A stretch of 64,000 nucleotides of DNA. Origin: Lama guanicoe. Its lineage: Eukaryota. The stretch spans positions 2,863,518 to 2,927,517 of the forward strand of contig MU053810.1 of NCBI GenBank assembly GCA_013239625.1. The letters are read 5' to 3'. Below the pieces are notes generated by a model. That model saw only the letters and a program-made list of their open reading frames with translations, did not search any database and was not told where the DNA came from. Each line of letters begins with the position of its first letter. The first letter of the stretch is position 1. A program made the translations under genes and the position numbers. This document shows positions 39,334 through 50,900 of this stretch, piece after piece.

Positions 39334-39861
39334 TCCAAAAAACAAAAAACACAACAGAAGACTGGATAAAGAAGGTTGGTATAGTTACACAATGGAATAC
39401 TACTCAGCCATAAAAAAGAGTAAAATAATGCCACTTTCAGCAACGTCGATGGACCTGGAAATCGCCATTCTAAGTGACGTAAGCCAGAAAGAGAAAGAAA
39501 AATACCATATGATAGCACTCATATGTGGAATCTAAAAAAATAAAAAAGACACTAGTGAACACATCTACAAAACAGAAACAGACCTGCAGACGTAATAAAC
39601 AATCTTATGGTAACCGGGGGGGGGGAAGGATGTGGGAAGGGATACATTTGGGAGTTCAAGATTTGCAAATATTAAGTACTATACATAAAAACATAAAAAA
39701 TAAATTTCTTCTATAGCACAGGAACTATATTCAGTATCTTGTAATAACGTTTAATGAAAAAGAATATGAAAACAAATATATGTATGTATATGTATGACTG
39801 GGACATTAAGCTGTACACCAGAGATTGACACACTGTAACTGACTAGATGTCAAAAAAAAAA
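39334..39861 (+). mobile_element. Lineage-specific L1 3' end nested in older L1 ORF2
   Basis: gactggataaagaagg...caatggaatactactcagcc...ctgtacaccagagattgacacactgtaactgact plus A tail; host reads ccacatgcaaaaaa|atgaaattggatcc across it. Confidence 0.88.
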
Positions 39862-40564
39862 ATGAAATTGGATCCTTACCTCATACTATATAAAAAATTA
39901 ACTCAAAATTAATCAAAGTCTCAAACATAAGATCTAAAACTAAAGACTCAGGAGAAAACTCAGAGGTAAATCTATATGACCTTCAATTTTACGATGGATT
40001 CTTAGCTATGACATCAAAAGAATAGGCAACAAAAGAAAAAGCAAAGTGTACTTCATTAAAATTTAAAACTTTATAGCCACTCTGCAAATTTGGTGACTCC
40101 TTAAAAAAGACAAACATAGAATTACCATACAACTTCTTAATTATACTCCTAGGTATTTTATGAAGAAAATGAAAACAGGTGTTCAAATAAAAGCTTGTAC
40201 ACAAATGTTCATAACAGTATTATTCACAATAGCCAAAAAGCAGGAACAACCCAAATGTCCACCAACTGATGAATGGATAAACAAAATGTGCTATAGGTAT
40301 ATTAATGCAATGAATATTACTCAGACATAAAACGAATGAAGTACTGATAAATGCTACAACATGGATGAATCTTATAAACACGATGCTAAATGAAAAAAGC
40401 CAGACACAAAAAGCCATGTATTGTATGTTTCCATTTTAACTGTCCATTTGCCCTTTATGGACAAATCTACTGACACAGAAAGCAAATCAGTAGTTCCCAG
40501 GGACTGAGGAGAGTAGTTCCCAGGGACTGAGGAGAGAGGGGACTGAGGAGTGACTGCTTAATGA

Positions 40565-40602
<38 letters not shown>
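40565..40602. repeat. (TG)n microsatellite with (CG) interruption
   Basis: gtgtgtgt...gtgcgcgcgtgtgtgt seen directly. Confidence 0.95.
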
Positions 40603-41129
40603 AAATTCCCTTGATCTTTACAACCTTTGGTGATAGGCATAATAATTATCTCTATTTCAGTGAGGAAACTGGGGCTTAAACTAAGACTAAGTAATCTGCC
40701 AAAATGTTACACAGGTACTAGGTGGCAGGAATTTCCTGCCAGAAATTTAGTCTCACCTCCCATGTTACCTCTTCTAGAATTAAAGACTATTTTCTGCAAA
40801 TCACTCTTTGATTATCTTCTAATGTAAGTTAAGCTATATATGTCAAAATGGAGCCAGTTATCTCTGGGAATCTGAAAAGAAGGATTAGTAATGATTTGAT
40901 GCAGCTCAACGCAGAGATGTTTAGAATATATGGATCCCCCTCTTTGAACCATTCTTCTAAAGATAGATATATTAATCTAAATGAAAATTTTCTTATCTAA
41001 TCTACTTATGAACCAATCTGGTAAGGTTGTTAGATGTGGGACAAATCTCAAATTTTACTTGCATTCTAGACTATATTAGACTTAGCCCCTTTCCACTTAC
41101 TACACAACACTCAGGATGAAGATGAGTTT

Positions 41130-41335
41130 GAAAATAACTAAGACATGTACTAGCTATATGATTTGGGACAAATAACCTCTCTAAGTCTCAAGTTCTCATT
41201 TATAAAATGGAGATGATCATGTTATAACACCTAAAAAATTGCTGTGATGTTTAAATTATATTCATGTGTATATATATGCACATATATGTATATAATATGC
41301 TCATTATAGTATCTGGCACACAGTGCTGAGTCAAT
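41130..41335 (+). mobile_element. MIR SINE
   Basis: tactagctatatgatttgggacaaataacctctctaagtctcaagttctcatttataaaatggagatgat. Confidence 0.8.
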
Positions 41336-41643
41336 GAAAAATGTTATAACATGTAGGCTAGAAAGTCACTATTTCTCCTTCATTTTAACACTTGACAAAT
41401 CTGACTTGCAGTTTGTCTGGATTTGTGCTTTAGACCATGAGTACTAGGGAAGAGTAAAATAGATTTGGACAGTTTTTATTTATTGATTTGACAATATTTA
41501 TTGAGTACCTACGATGTGCAAGCATTGAGGATATAGTAGTGAACAAAATAAACCCAATCTCTATCCTCATAAAACTTTGCAAGGTAAGAGCACTGAAAAC
41601 TGTCTTAGGTGGCCCAAGAGAGATTTCTTATTTTACTTTATAT

Positions 41644-41855
41644 CAGGGATTGGCAAACATTTTCTGTAGAGGGTCAAACAGTAAATATTTGAGGCTTTGC
41701 AAGTCAAAGAGTCTCTGCTGCAATCATTCAACTCTGCCATAGCAGTGAGAAAGCAGCCACAGACGACACAAACGGGTGTGGTAGTGTCCCAGTGACATTT
41801 TCAAAAACATGTAGTGGCTGGTTTTGGCCCATGGAATGTAGTTTGTTGGCCCCTG
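41644..41855. mobile_element. MER58A (hAT-Charlie)
   Basis: TIRs cagggattggcaaac ... gtttgttggcccctg; internal gtaaatatttgaggctttgc and caactctgccatagcagtgagaaagcagccacagac. Confidence 0.9.
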
Positions 41856-44199
41856 ATTAGTATCAGTGGCTTGCCAATAATCTAAAACTCACTGTTATTT
41901 AGTGTCTTCACAAATGTGAGACCCGCCATTTTTTTTTTTTACGTCTGCCATGTGGTTACCAAAAACAAAAATAAAACCACCTTATCCAGAATCTGATCAA
42001 AGTAAACTCGTCTTAATAGAACTTTCTATTGCCTTGAAAAAATTCAAGGATATTAAACCCAAGAGAAGAACATATATTTGACTGTCAGATTCAGTAGAGG
42101 GAAGACTACAGTTATCCAAACAACATGTTTAGGCACAGAGCTGAAGAACTTCAAACTCTGGTTTACATCTAGGTACCTTAATTTGTGTAGTGTTACCTAC
42201 CCAAGATCAACTGCCTCAAAGTTAGTAATTCCATGTGATCTTTCTAAGTCTTTGGGTCATTTTCACATCCAGTATCACTGAGTAAATAGCTCAAGCTGAA
42301 CTCTTAATAATGACTTTGTCCTCTTTACTCTGGCCTTTGCACTTAAATCGACCGTATTTAATAGATATGATAGAATCCATCACCTGCCCACCCACTCCCT
42401 CCCAAAAAGCCAACAGCACCACCACCACCACCAAACAAAAAAACTATGTGCCTGGATACAAGTGCATTTACCACTAGAAGAACTAAATTAATAGAAGCAT
42501 TTAAGGAAGTTCTCTTTGGTTTGGGGACCAGGAGGATATGACAGAAAATCTGTGTTTGCCACAACTTCAGGACTATGAGATTTCATACCAGGTACACATA
42601 AAATTCAAAATAAATTTTTAAAAAATTAAGAAGGGAAAATGTTTAAAAAATAATTTTCAAGGCAAAAATTAATAGAATAAAGTCATTGACTTCATAATAA
42701 ATTTTAAGTCTGGGCTTCTATTGCTAATCTGCTACAGAAGCAGCAGGGAGAAGCTTTGGGTTCTTCCGTTGGAGATCACTGTTAAAGTCAACTGCCTTTG
42801 GAGAAAACTGCTGAAATGTATGTAAGATGATAGCTTTGATTTTTCTTAGCCTTAAACTATACATAGGAACCAATAATAGGTTAGTGTATATCCAAATCCT
42901 GGTTACTGATGCTCATATAGAACATATATCTTATTTTTTTTTTTGAGAGTCAAGGTTGGTAAGAATAATTTGTTGACAAATCAGGTAATTTCCAGTGCAG
43001 TAAAAGAACACATTCTGTCCTCTTATTTTTAACTTACATCAAAATAAATTTGAATTAATAACATGTTTGTTTAAGTTGAACACACCTTTGCCCTCCCCAT
43101 AGGAGTAAAAACAGAAGCATCCTCCAAAATGTAGATAAACAAGACTGTGGCCTCATGAGACAGCTGCTTCTGATATCTAATTACTGGAGGGCCGAGTTGG
43201 CAAGAACACCAGATCAACTATTCACAGAACAAAATCATCATTCTGGTAACCAGATTAGTTATCTTAGACTATATTTTGCAACTAATTTATCTTGAAAAGG
43301 AGATCTCTTTAACAAGTCAATGGCAGGGGCAAAAAAGCAGGAGGCGCAGTTCTTTATTAAAGAGATTTGAGGGACAACAACAACCAAATATAATGTATGT
43401 TTTAAAAAATATCTAGCAAAGCGGAAATTAAAGTAGAAAATACATATTCTCTAGAAATTAATGAAAAGGAAAAAACATTTGGTATCAAAACCTATGAGGG
43501 CTAAAGATCCATTTAGAGGTAATAATAAATCCTCCTCTAATAAGACAACATGAAAATGAATGAATCAAGCGCCCAGCCTAAGTAAGTAGAAAAAGAACAA
43601 AGTACACAAAAGAAAATAGGAAGAAAGAACAGATAAATATAAAAGCTCAAAGTTATGAAACCAAAAAGGAAAAAAAGCTGGTTCTTCAGGAAGAAAAACA
43701 AAAGGTACCGGAGTGCCTTCAGAGTTACTTAAAACCTGTTTCTGTATCTTGAAAATGGTCGCATACCAATATTATAATCATCCTTCCCGCTGCCTCTGCC
43801 TCCTGTGCTGTCCAATAGCAGGGCCAAATGATCGCATCCGAAAGCTTGGCCAGGGAACTTTTAAAATATGTCATTCACCTAATGCAGTTCTGCATTTATT
43901 CCCTTTCAGAGACAGACTGGTCCTTAATCCCAGAGCATCAGTTCTCTCTTGCAGGGCTTTTTTCTACTGTGGTTCCTGCCAGCCTACATCTTGTTCTTGG
44001 TAGCCTTCTTCCCAAAGACAGGAGCCCTGCTCCTAAATCTCAGCCCAGAGACCCACATCTGGACCTCCTGGATAACATTCAACGGATTGCTATTGCTAAA
44101 TGGTTTAGTCCATTTTCCCACTGGTACACTTCCACCCTGACACAGTAAGTAAAGTGAGGAAGGTGGTTACAGTCAAAGCGTTGATTTCAGATCCATGCC

Positions 44200-44390
44200 A
44201 TGCCAACAGAGAAAGACACAGGCACCCATGTCTCCTAAAAGAAAAAGCAAAGGCAGCAAAAGCACAGCCTCCACCTGATTTCCACCTTCCAAAATTTACA
44301 GAAGTACGTCTTATTAACCAAACTATATTACATCCAGAACACTTACTGCAAGTGAGTTTGAGAAACAGTTATTTACCTTTCTGCATTTTG
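44200..44390 (-). mobile_element. Old MaLR (MLT1) LTR fragment
   Basis: catccagaacacttactgcaagtgagtttgagaaacagtt resembles an MLT1 terminal block. Confidence 0.45.
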
Positions 44391-45079
44391 TGCAGTGAAA
44401 GCACACCAGGAGGAGGGAATAAATGTTGAAACCAATCCACTGTATTCACCACACAGAAGACTTGTTTTCTCTATTTTTATCCTCTAATTTTATTAAACAA
44501 ATACTTACAGCATTAAAAAAAACCCCATAAATTTGCAAAATAAAAGTGCAAACCAGGAAATGCAATGGAATGATAATGAATGCTTTTCTTTGAATCTGAA
44601 AGTAACTTACCTTTTTAAGGTGAAATCTTTATCTCCAAATAAATAGACATGTTTTAATAGTCCACTGCATTTTTCCTTTTCTTCAAGGATTGTTAGAGTA
44701 AATTTCTAAATTATGTGTAGTATGGATTGTAAATTCCTTACAGAGACCAATTCTTTCAATTTATAAGTTTCCACTAGAAAGCATATAAATAAAACAGCTC
44801 CCTGAAATGTCCTTTTTTCCCATTTTCCTTCTAGATAAATGGCTCTACTATCTACTCAGTAGACAAAGCCAAAACTCTAGTGGTAAATCTCAATTATTTT
44901 CTTTCCTTCAGCCTCCTTATGTAATTTGCCAGCCATCCAAACACTCCCATGATCCTAGTCCAAGCAACCTATTCTTGGCACTTCTATGGGACTCTGTTCA
45001 AGGCACATGCTGCTTCAAATATCATGGCTCCTCTGGTGGATAAAGTGGATGTTTAACGCACCTTCCTTCTGAAAGTCCA

Positions 45080-45285
45080 ACACCGTCTAAGAAGAACTTT
45101 GTACAATGATGAAAATGTTCTGGATCTGCACCGTCCAATGTGGTAGTCACTAGCTATATGTGGCTACTGAGCACTTGAGATGTAGGAAGCATGACTAAAG
45201 AACTGGATTTAAATTTTATTTAATTTTAACTTATTTAAATAGCCACATATGGTTAGTGGCTACTATATTCAACAATGCATTTCTA
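45080..45285. mobile_element. MER3 (hAT-Charlie)
   Basis: agaactttgtacaatgatgaaaatgttct...gtccaatgtggtagtcactagctatatgtggctactgagcacttga...tagccacatatggttagtggctact. Confidence 0.88.
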
Positions 45286-45599
45286 GAGCACCTTCCCACA
45301 TCACAGAAGTTAGAAAGCAAAAAACTAGAAGTGATTTGGGTTTGGCCAATCAGATGCACTCTGAATGCAAATACAAAGAAAAGACTACTTCTGCTGGCAA
45401 ACAAGGTGATAGGTTTTCCTGTGACAGTATTAGAAGTCTTAGTATTCAACCTCACGGGTGCTGGGCACCTCTCTGAATGGGGTGGGTGTAGTGCAGCAGT
45501 TGTAGTGGCTAACTGATCATGATAGCTTCCCGATCATGGTGACTTCCTAACTGTAGCAATCATAGTACGGTTCAAATAAGAGATATTGGATAGTTCTGG

Positions 45600-46600
45600 G
45601 ATAATCACAGGGGAGACAGAATTACAGTACTGCAAGAGAGTGGCAATGCATTTTATCTTAAGATAATCTGTGGGGGAGAGAGAGAATGAAAAGTCTTTAA
45701 GAAGTGTGATTAAGAGAACTTCTGTTGATAATTTAGATGGGGCAAAGGGTATAAATGATAGATGACTCGTAGTGTCAGACTTGTACAGCCATAAGAATAT
45801 TGGTACCATTGGTAGAAATCGGGAACACTGAAAGAGTAAGATTGGAAGGGCAAAGAAGACCGTAAGTTTGCCAAGCAGGAGGTGCCTTTGAAATAGACAC
45901 GTGGAACTGTTAATTAAGCAGTTGAATATATAGGTTCAAAGCTCGAAGAAGTAGTCTGTGCCAGACATATAAATTCAGAAGCTAATGGTACATGAAGAAA
46001 AATCAAACCACAGGCATGAATAAGATTGCTTATAGAAAAAAAAGTTTGGAGTGTATGACAGGAAACCTTAAATGAGTTTAAAGAATGTAAACAACAAGAG
46101 AACCAAAGGTAGATAGGAAATCAGAAGAGTGTAGCTTTATTCCAAGAATATAAGAATGGTCAGCATCATCAATACTACCAGTGTTAGGTAAAATGAGCAC
46201 TGAAACCCACCAACTGGACTGCTATTCTGAAGATCACTGATGACCCTGGGAAGATCTGTTTTGGTAAAGTAATGGGTACAGATGCCAAACTAGAGTGGAG
46301 TAAGGAACAGGTGAGAAGTGAGGAAACAAAGACAGATCTTTAAGAAATTTGACTGCTAAAGGGAGACGTGTGATTGAGAAAGGTTTTCTAGCCTTTGTAA
46401 CACCAATGAAAAGGATCCAGTTGCTAGAAGAATTTCAACACAGGTGATATACAGGATTACTGACATTATGTTCCCAGAACAGGTGGGGATAGAATCCAAA
46501 TTAGAGAAAAACTAGCCTTCAGAGAGGGGACATCTACATCAGGAAGGAGGAGAGGACAGATGTGGGAGTAAGTCTGTAGGTTGCTCACAGGAAGCTGGAA
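45600..46600 (-). mobile_element. Long L2 fragment
   Basis: Purine-rich L2 antisense blocks, e.g. aggtgcctttgaaatagacacgtgga...gcagttgaatatatagg; gaagatcactgatgaccctgggaaga; gatgccaaactagagtggagtaagg. Confidence 0.75.
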
Positions 46601-46840
46601 GCATCTGACTATAAATGTTATAAATCCTGACAATATGTAAGTGTCATAGCTAATAAAAGTTGAGAAGGGGATTTTTTGACTAACAGGAATGAGGATGCAA
46701 GCTGATGTTCTTTTATAGCTTTGAACTCTTCATCAGAGGTAGCAGGACAGTTGTACTAACTGAAAAAGTGGACAGGTAGACAGAAGACAGACAGAACTAG
46801 AAACTCAGTCCGTACAATTCTGCCTAGCTAATTTTTAAAA

Positions 46841-46988
46841 AATTTCTCTTGTTTTTAAAAAAATCTCTTTGAGGGGGGAGGTAATTAGGTTTATTTATTT
46901 ATTTATTTTAAATGGAGGTACTGGGTATTGAACCCATGACCTCATGCATGCTGAGCAGGTACTCTACCACTGAGCTATACCCTCCCCT
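46841..46988 (-). mobile_element. Camelid vic-1-like tRNA-derived SINE, full length
   Basis: gggggaggtaattaggtttatttattt...ggaggtactgggtattgaaccca...ctctaccactgagctataccctcccc; degenerate TSD cctag(c/a)ta..tttaaaa. Confidence 0.9.
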
Positions 46989-47254
46989 CTTACCTAGATA
47001 TTCTTTAAAAGACCTGAAGTATACAGTGGTTAATTCTACATGTAACTTAACCCTTTCTTCTACATTAATGTTTCCTCATATTTCTAATTTTATGTAAAAT
47101 AATTGCTTATTTACTAATTTGAGAAGTGGTATGTGAAAAATCAAAATTATACTGGATAATCACTGAGTGAAATGATCAGTAAATTCAAATTCCCAGCCTT
47201 TCTCTCTATGTAATAGTATTACGTAGAAATAGACAATATTTACAACCTGTATTT

Positions 47255-47935
47255 TATGTCCAAATGGTCAACAAATGAAAAAGTATTCAATTTCACTAAT
47301 CATTGAGGAAAAGCAAATGAAAGCCCAAGTGGGATACCACTACATACCTAACAAAACAGCCAAAATAAAAGGTATTTTTTTTATCTTTGTAAAATGAAGA
47401 TTTGTAAAAGATAAACCTTTATAAAAAAGATAATACCAAGTGTTGACAGGATATGGAGCAACTATACTATCAATGCACTGCTGGGGGAGTATAAACTAGT
47501 ACAACCATTTGAAAACTGTCAGGCAGTATCTGCTAAAGCTGAATATACACATACCCTGTGATCCAGCAAGTTCATTTCTAAATATACACCCAACAGAAAT
47601 GCATAGATACACTCATCAAAGACATTTACAAGGAAGTTCATAGAAGCGCTGTTCATAACAGCTCCAAATTGGAAACACCCTAAACATCCATCAACAATAG
47701 GGTGGATAAATAAATTGGAATACAGTCATACAATCAAATACACAGACAGCAATGAACACGAGTGAATTTTTGTTCTGCACAACATGGATGAATTTCATGA
47801 GCGTAATGCTGAGAAAAAGCAGCCAAGCAACCAGAGCATAAACTACATGATTATGTGTATATCATTATATACTTATGACTTCTGCATTTTTTTGAATGTA
47901 TGAATGTGCATTTCAATAAAAACTTTACTTCAAAA
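47255..47935 (+). mobile_element. L1ME-type 3' fragment
   Basis: gataataccaagtgttgacaggatatggagcaact...ccctgtgatccagcaag...gcacaacatggatgaatttc. Confidence 0.82.
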
Positions 47936-50900
47936 AACTGTAGCTACACTTTGGTAGATTTGACTCTTCAAATGATCCCTACAGAAACAGCAAAAATCCA
48001 ACAGAAAACAAAACATATAACCTAAACATTTAAACAATCTCTCAAATATACAAAAAATATTACATGCAAATTAAACAAAAACTACCTGCCAACCAGCTTA
48101 ATTCCATAGGATCATGTGGTCGTCCTCTCTTTCCTTACTTTGAATAAACAAAGAAAGGAAAAAAGGAAAGAAACCTCATTTATAGCCTTCCAGGAGATAA
48201 AACTATATGAAATGATAAAGGCCTGATTTATTTTTCCTCTTTACTCTGTGATTAGTTTTAAGACTGTAACCAAGGAGAAGAGTTGTAATAATTTCTCTTC
48301 CTTTTTGCAGGGTAGGTCTAACTTCTATGAAGCAAATCAATTAATAAAAGGAAATCTACATCAGAGTATATACTTTGATACTGTATTTCTTTTCTGTGCA
48401 TCTTAGTACCTCCTGAAGCCAAGAATTTTAGAAGAATCTGGTTTCCTCAGGAGGATTTTATCATGCAATTAACAGCTTAAAGCCTATTCCAAGATCATTA
48501 TACTCTTGGAAGTTATTGGTAGTTCTTATCTCTGAAAAAAAATTTGCTTTAGCGTATTTGTCACACTTGACTCGGCCAAAATTTTTGTCAAATTGTTTAT
48601 AATAATTTTAAGCTCACCTTTGCAGAGATCACAAAAGAAAGAAACAAGGCAAATACAGCTTATTAAAATCTAAATTCTATTTCACCTGTGTTTCAAAAAA
48701 ATTAGTACACGGTCTGAACGGGTTGGGAAGACTACAGCAATAGCTGAAGTAGAAAATGACTGTGAAAGGCAAGGAGGAAGCGCCTTGTTGGTATGCAGAG
48801 AAGAATTTACCTGGGAGTTTGATGAGATCTGAGAAGCCAGGTAAAAACAACTGGATGCTAGAAACATCTACAAGATGAGAGAATTTAGTAATGCTGGTTC
48901 CTATAAGAGAACAAGTAAGATAAAAGGCTGTTGAAATGAACAGTGTATGAGTCAGTGTATCAAGTCTTACAAAGGTAATGTAATGAATGGTCACCAAACA
49001 TATTTGGGCATGCATTATGAAAATGTGTTTTTTTAATTAATAATTTATTAGTATGATAGTACCATCTCCTGAAAGGCTACAAGGAGGTTACAAAGCAATT
49101 AATTGTTGAAACATGGGTTCTTTAAAACAGAATAGGACATAATCACAAAATGATTTAAAATCATTTATTAAATCTGTTAAAAGTAGAGAATTAAAAAAAA
49201 ATATCTACTCAAATAAATCCAGAAATTACTTTAGTAATTTATTCCTGGTTCTAACACATGGGTAATACAAGGGAAAATTTTTGAAACTTCATTCTTAAAC
49301 TGGTTAGGGATATTTCACTTTTCTTTCTGGAACCTTACTGATTTTTGTTTTTTGTTTTGTTTTGTTTTGTTTTTAAGCAGTAGACAGAAAAGACAAAAAA
49401 GGAAAACCCAAATATACTATATCTAAATTTTAACACTTAACTACTGTAGGTGAGTAAAAGATTTAAAAATGTATGGCCTCTTACATGGTGGGGTCTGACC
49501 TCTCCCTAGGACAGATACAACTTCTTTGAGCTACTCCTCTGAATTCATTAAATGTGTTTTAGTAACATCTCTTTCCTACAAAGTCCCAGTTGGGAGGAAG
49601 TGGAGAATGAAGCTAAGTGGCAAGTATTTTAAAGAAGCTCTTAACTTATCCTAAGCTTCTTTTGAACTTTGATTCTTAATGTACACTACAGATCACCAAA
49701 CACAACCTGCCTGCGATTAGAAATTGTCCATATTGATTCCATCAGTACTAATTTGGAGACTATTGATACTACATCCAAGTGTTTCTTACATTCAATATTG
49801 TGTCATTTATTTTGATCCTAAAATTATTTTGTGCGATGATTTCTGACATTCTTTAAAAGCAGTAAATATGCAGAATTTCGAATGCTCATAGTTACAGACT
49901 TGAACATTAAAGACTACAAGCTGGTAAGGAAATAAAAGAAAGGTTAGTACTAATACTTTTATCATAATCCATTTCTTTCCATCATGACATTAGAAACATC
50001 TGAGAAGTCAAACTAGTCTTCAATAGTTAAACACACTTCCACCTCAACCCAGAATAGATTTTTAAATCTGTGCTTAAAATGAAAACAAAACAAAACACCT
50101 TTGGATGTTATTATTAAAATCACAATTATCTGAAAAAATTTAATTCATAAGCTAACACAACTATGAATGATCATAATTATACTTATACTTCCTTAACTGA
50201 ATAATTTAGGCTTACTTTGCTAAGTGTAACATACAATTCTGCGAGGCTACATGGTTTTACAGGGAACTCTAGTAAAGCAATTTGATAAAAAATTTTTAAG
50301 TCAAACCAGATTAACTTTTTAAAGATAAATGAGAACTTATATTGATAACAAAACATCCTCCTTTAAAAAAAACTCAGCAATTTTTGAAATGATCATTTGT
50401 ATACAATGAATCAGAAAGAGAAACTAGTGTACAAAGCAAAAAGTACCCATGATCAAGAAGTCACGAATTCAGATGAGAAAGTTTCTTTAATTCTCTACTT
50501 TTAAGTCCTTTAACAATCACGACTACTTTAAAAGCAGAAAAGCATACCAAGCAAGCTTTCTAAGAAGTAAACATATGTATGTAAATAAACGCACGCTTGT
50601 ATGCATACATATGTACATAGATATATGCCTCCTGCCAATTCTTAAGCCCACAGACAAAAACTTGGGGTCAAAAACTTATAGACATGGTACCCCAAACTCC
50701 AAATTCTTAAATTTACTGGCTGATGGTCACTTTGTGTTTATAAATTACTATTCTGGAACCACATTATTTTATGTATTGTTATGAAGTATTTAAATAGTTA
50801 TAACTGATTAATTACTTAAATATTCTTAATTTATAGACAACCTTTGACATATTAAGATTTTTTTTAGTATAAAAGGGTTTAAGTTATAAAAGTCTTTTCA

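Larger units (their letters stand above)
35605..40575 (+). mobile_element. Long, internally deleted old L1 (5' UTR, ORF1, ORF2, L1MB-type 3' end) with nested younger L1s
   Basis: 5' aaaatggcagagtaggg; ORF1 blocks (aattcactagaggggctc...gatttgagcaggcagaagaaagaatc; ttctcatcagaaaccatggaggccagaag); ORF2 peptide MKNKNHIITSIDAEKA; 3' UTR to ~40570. Confidence 0.88.

Noticed and set aside
43713..44429. Cluster of overlapping 63-106 aa plus-strand ORFs
   Set aside because: No recognisable protein or splice structure; overlaps probable old L2/MLT1 remnants.
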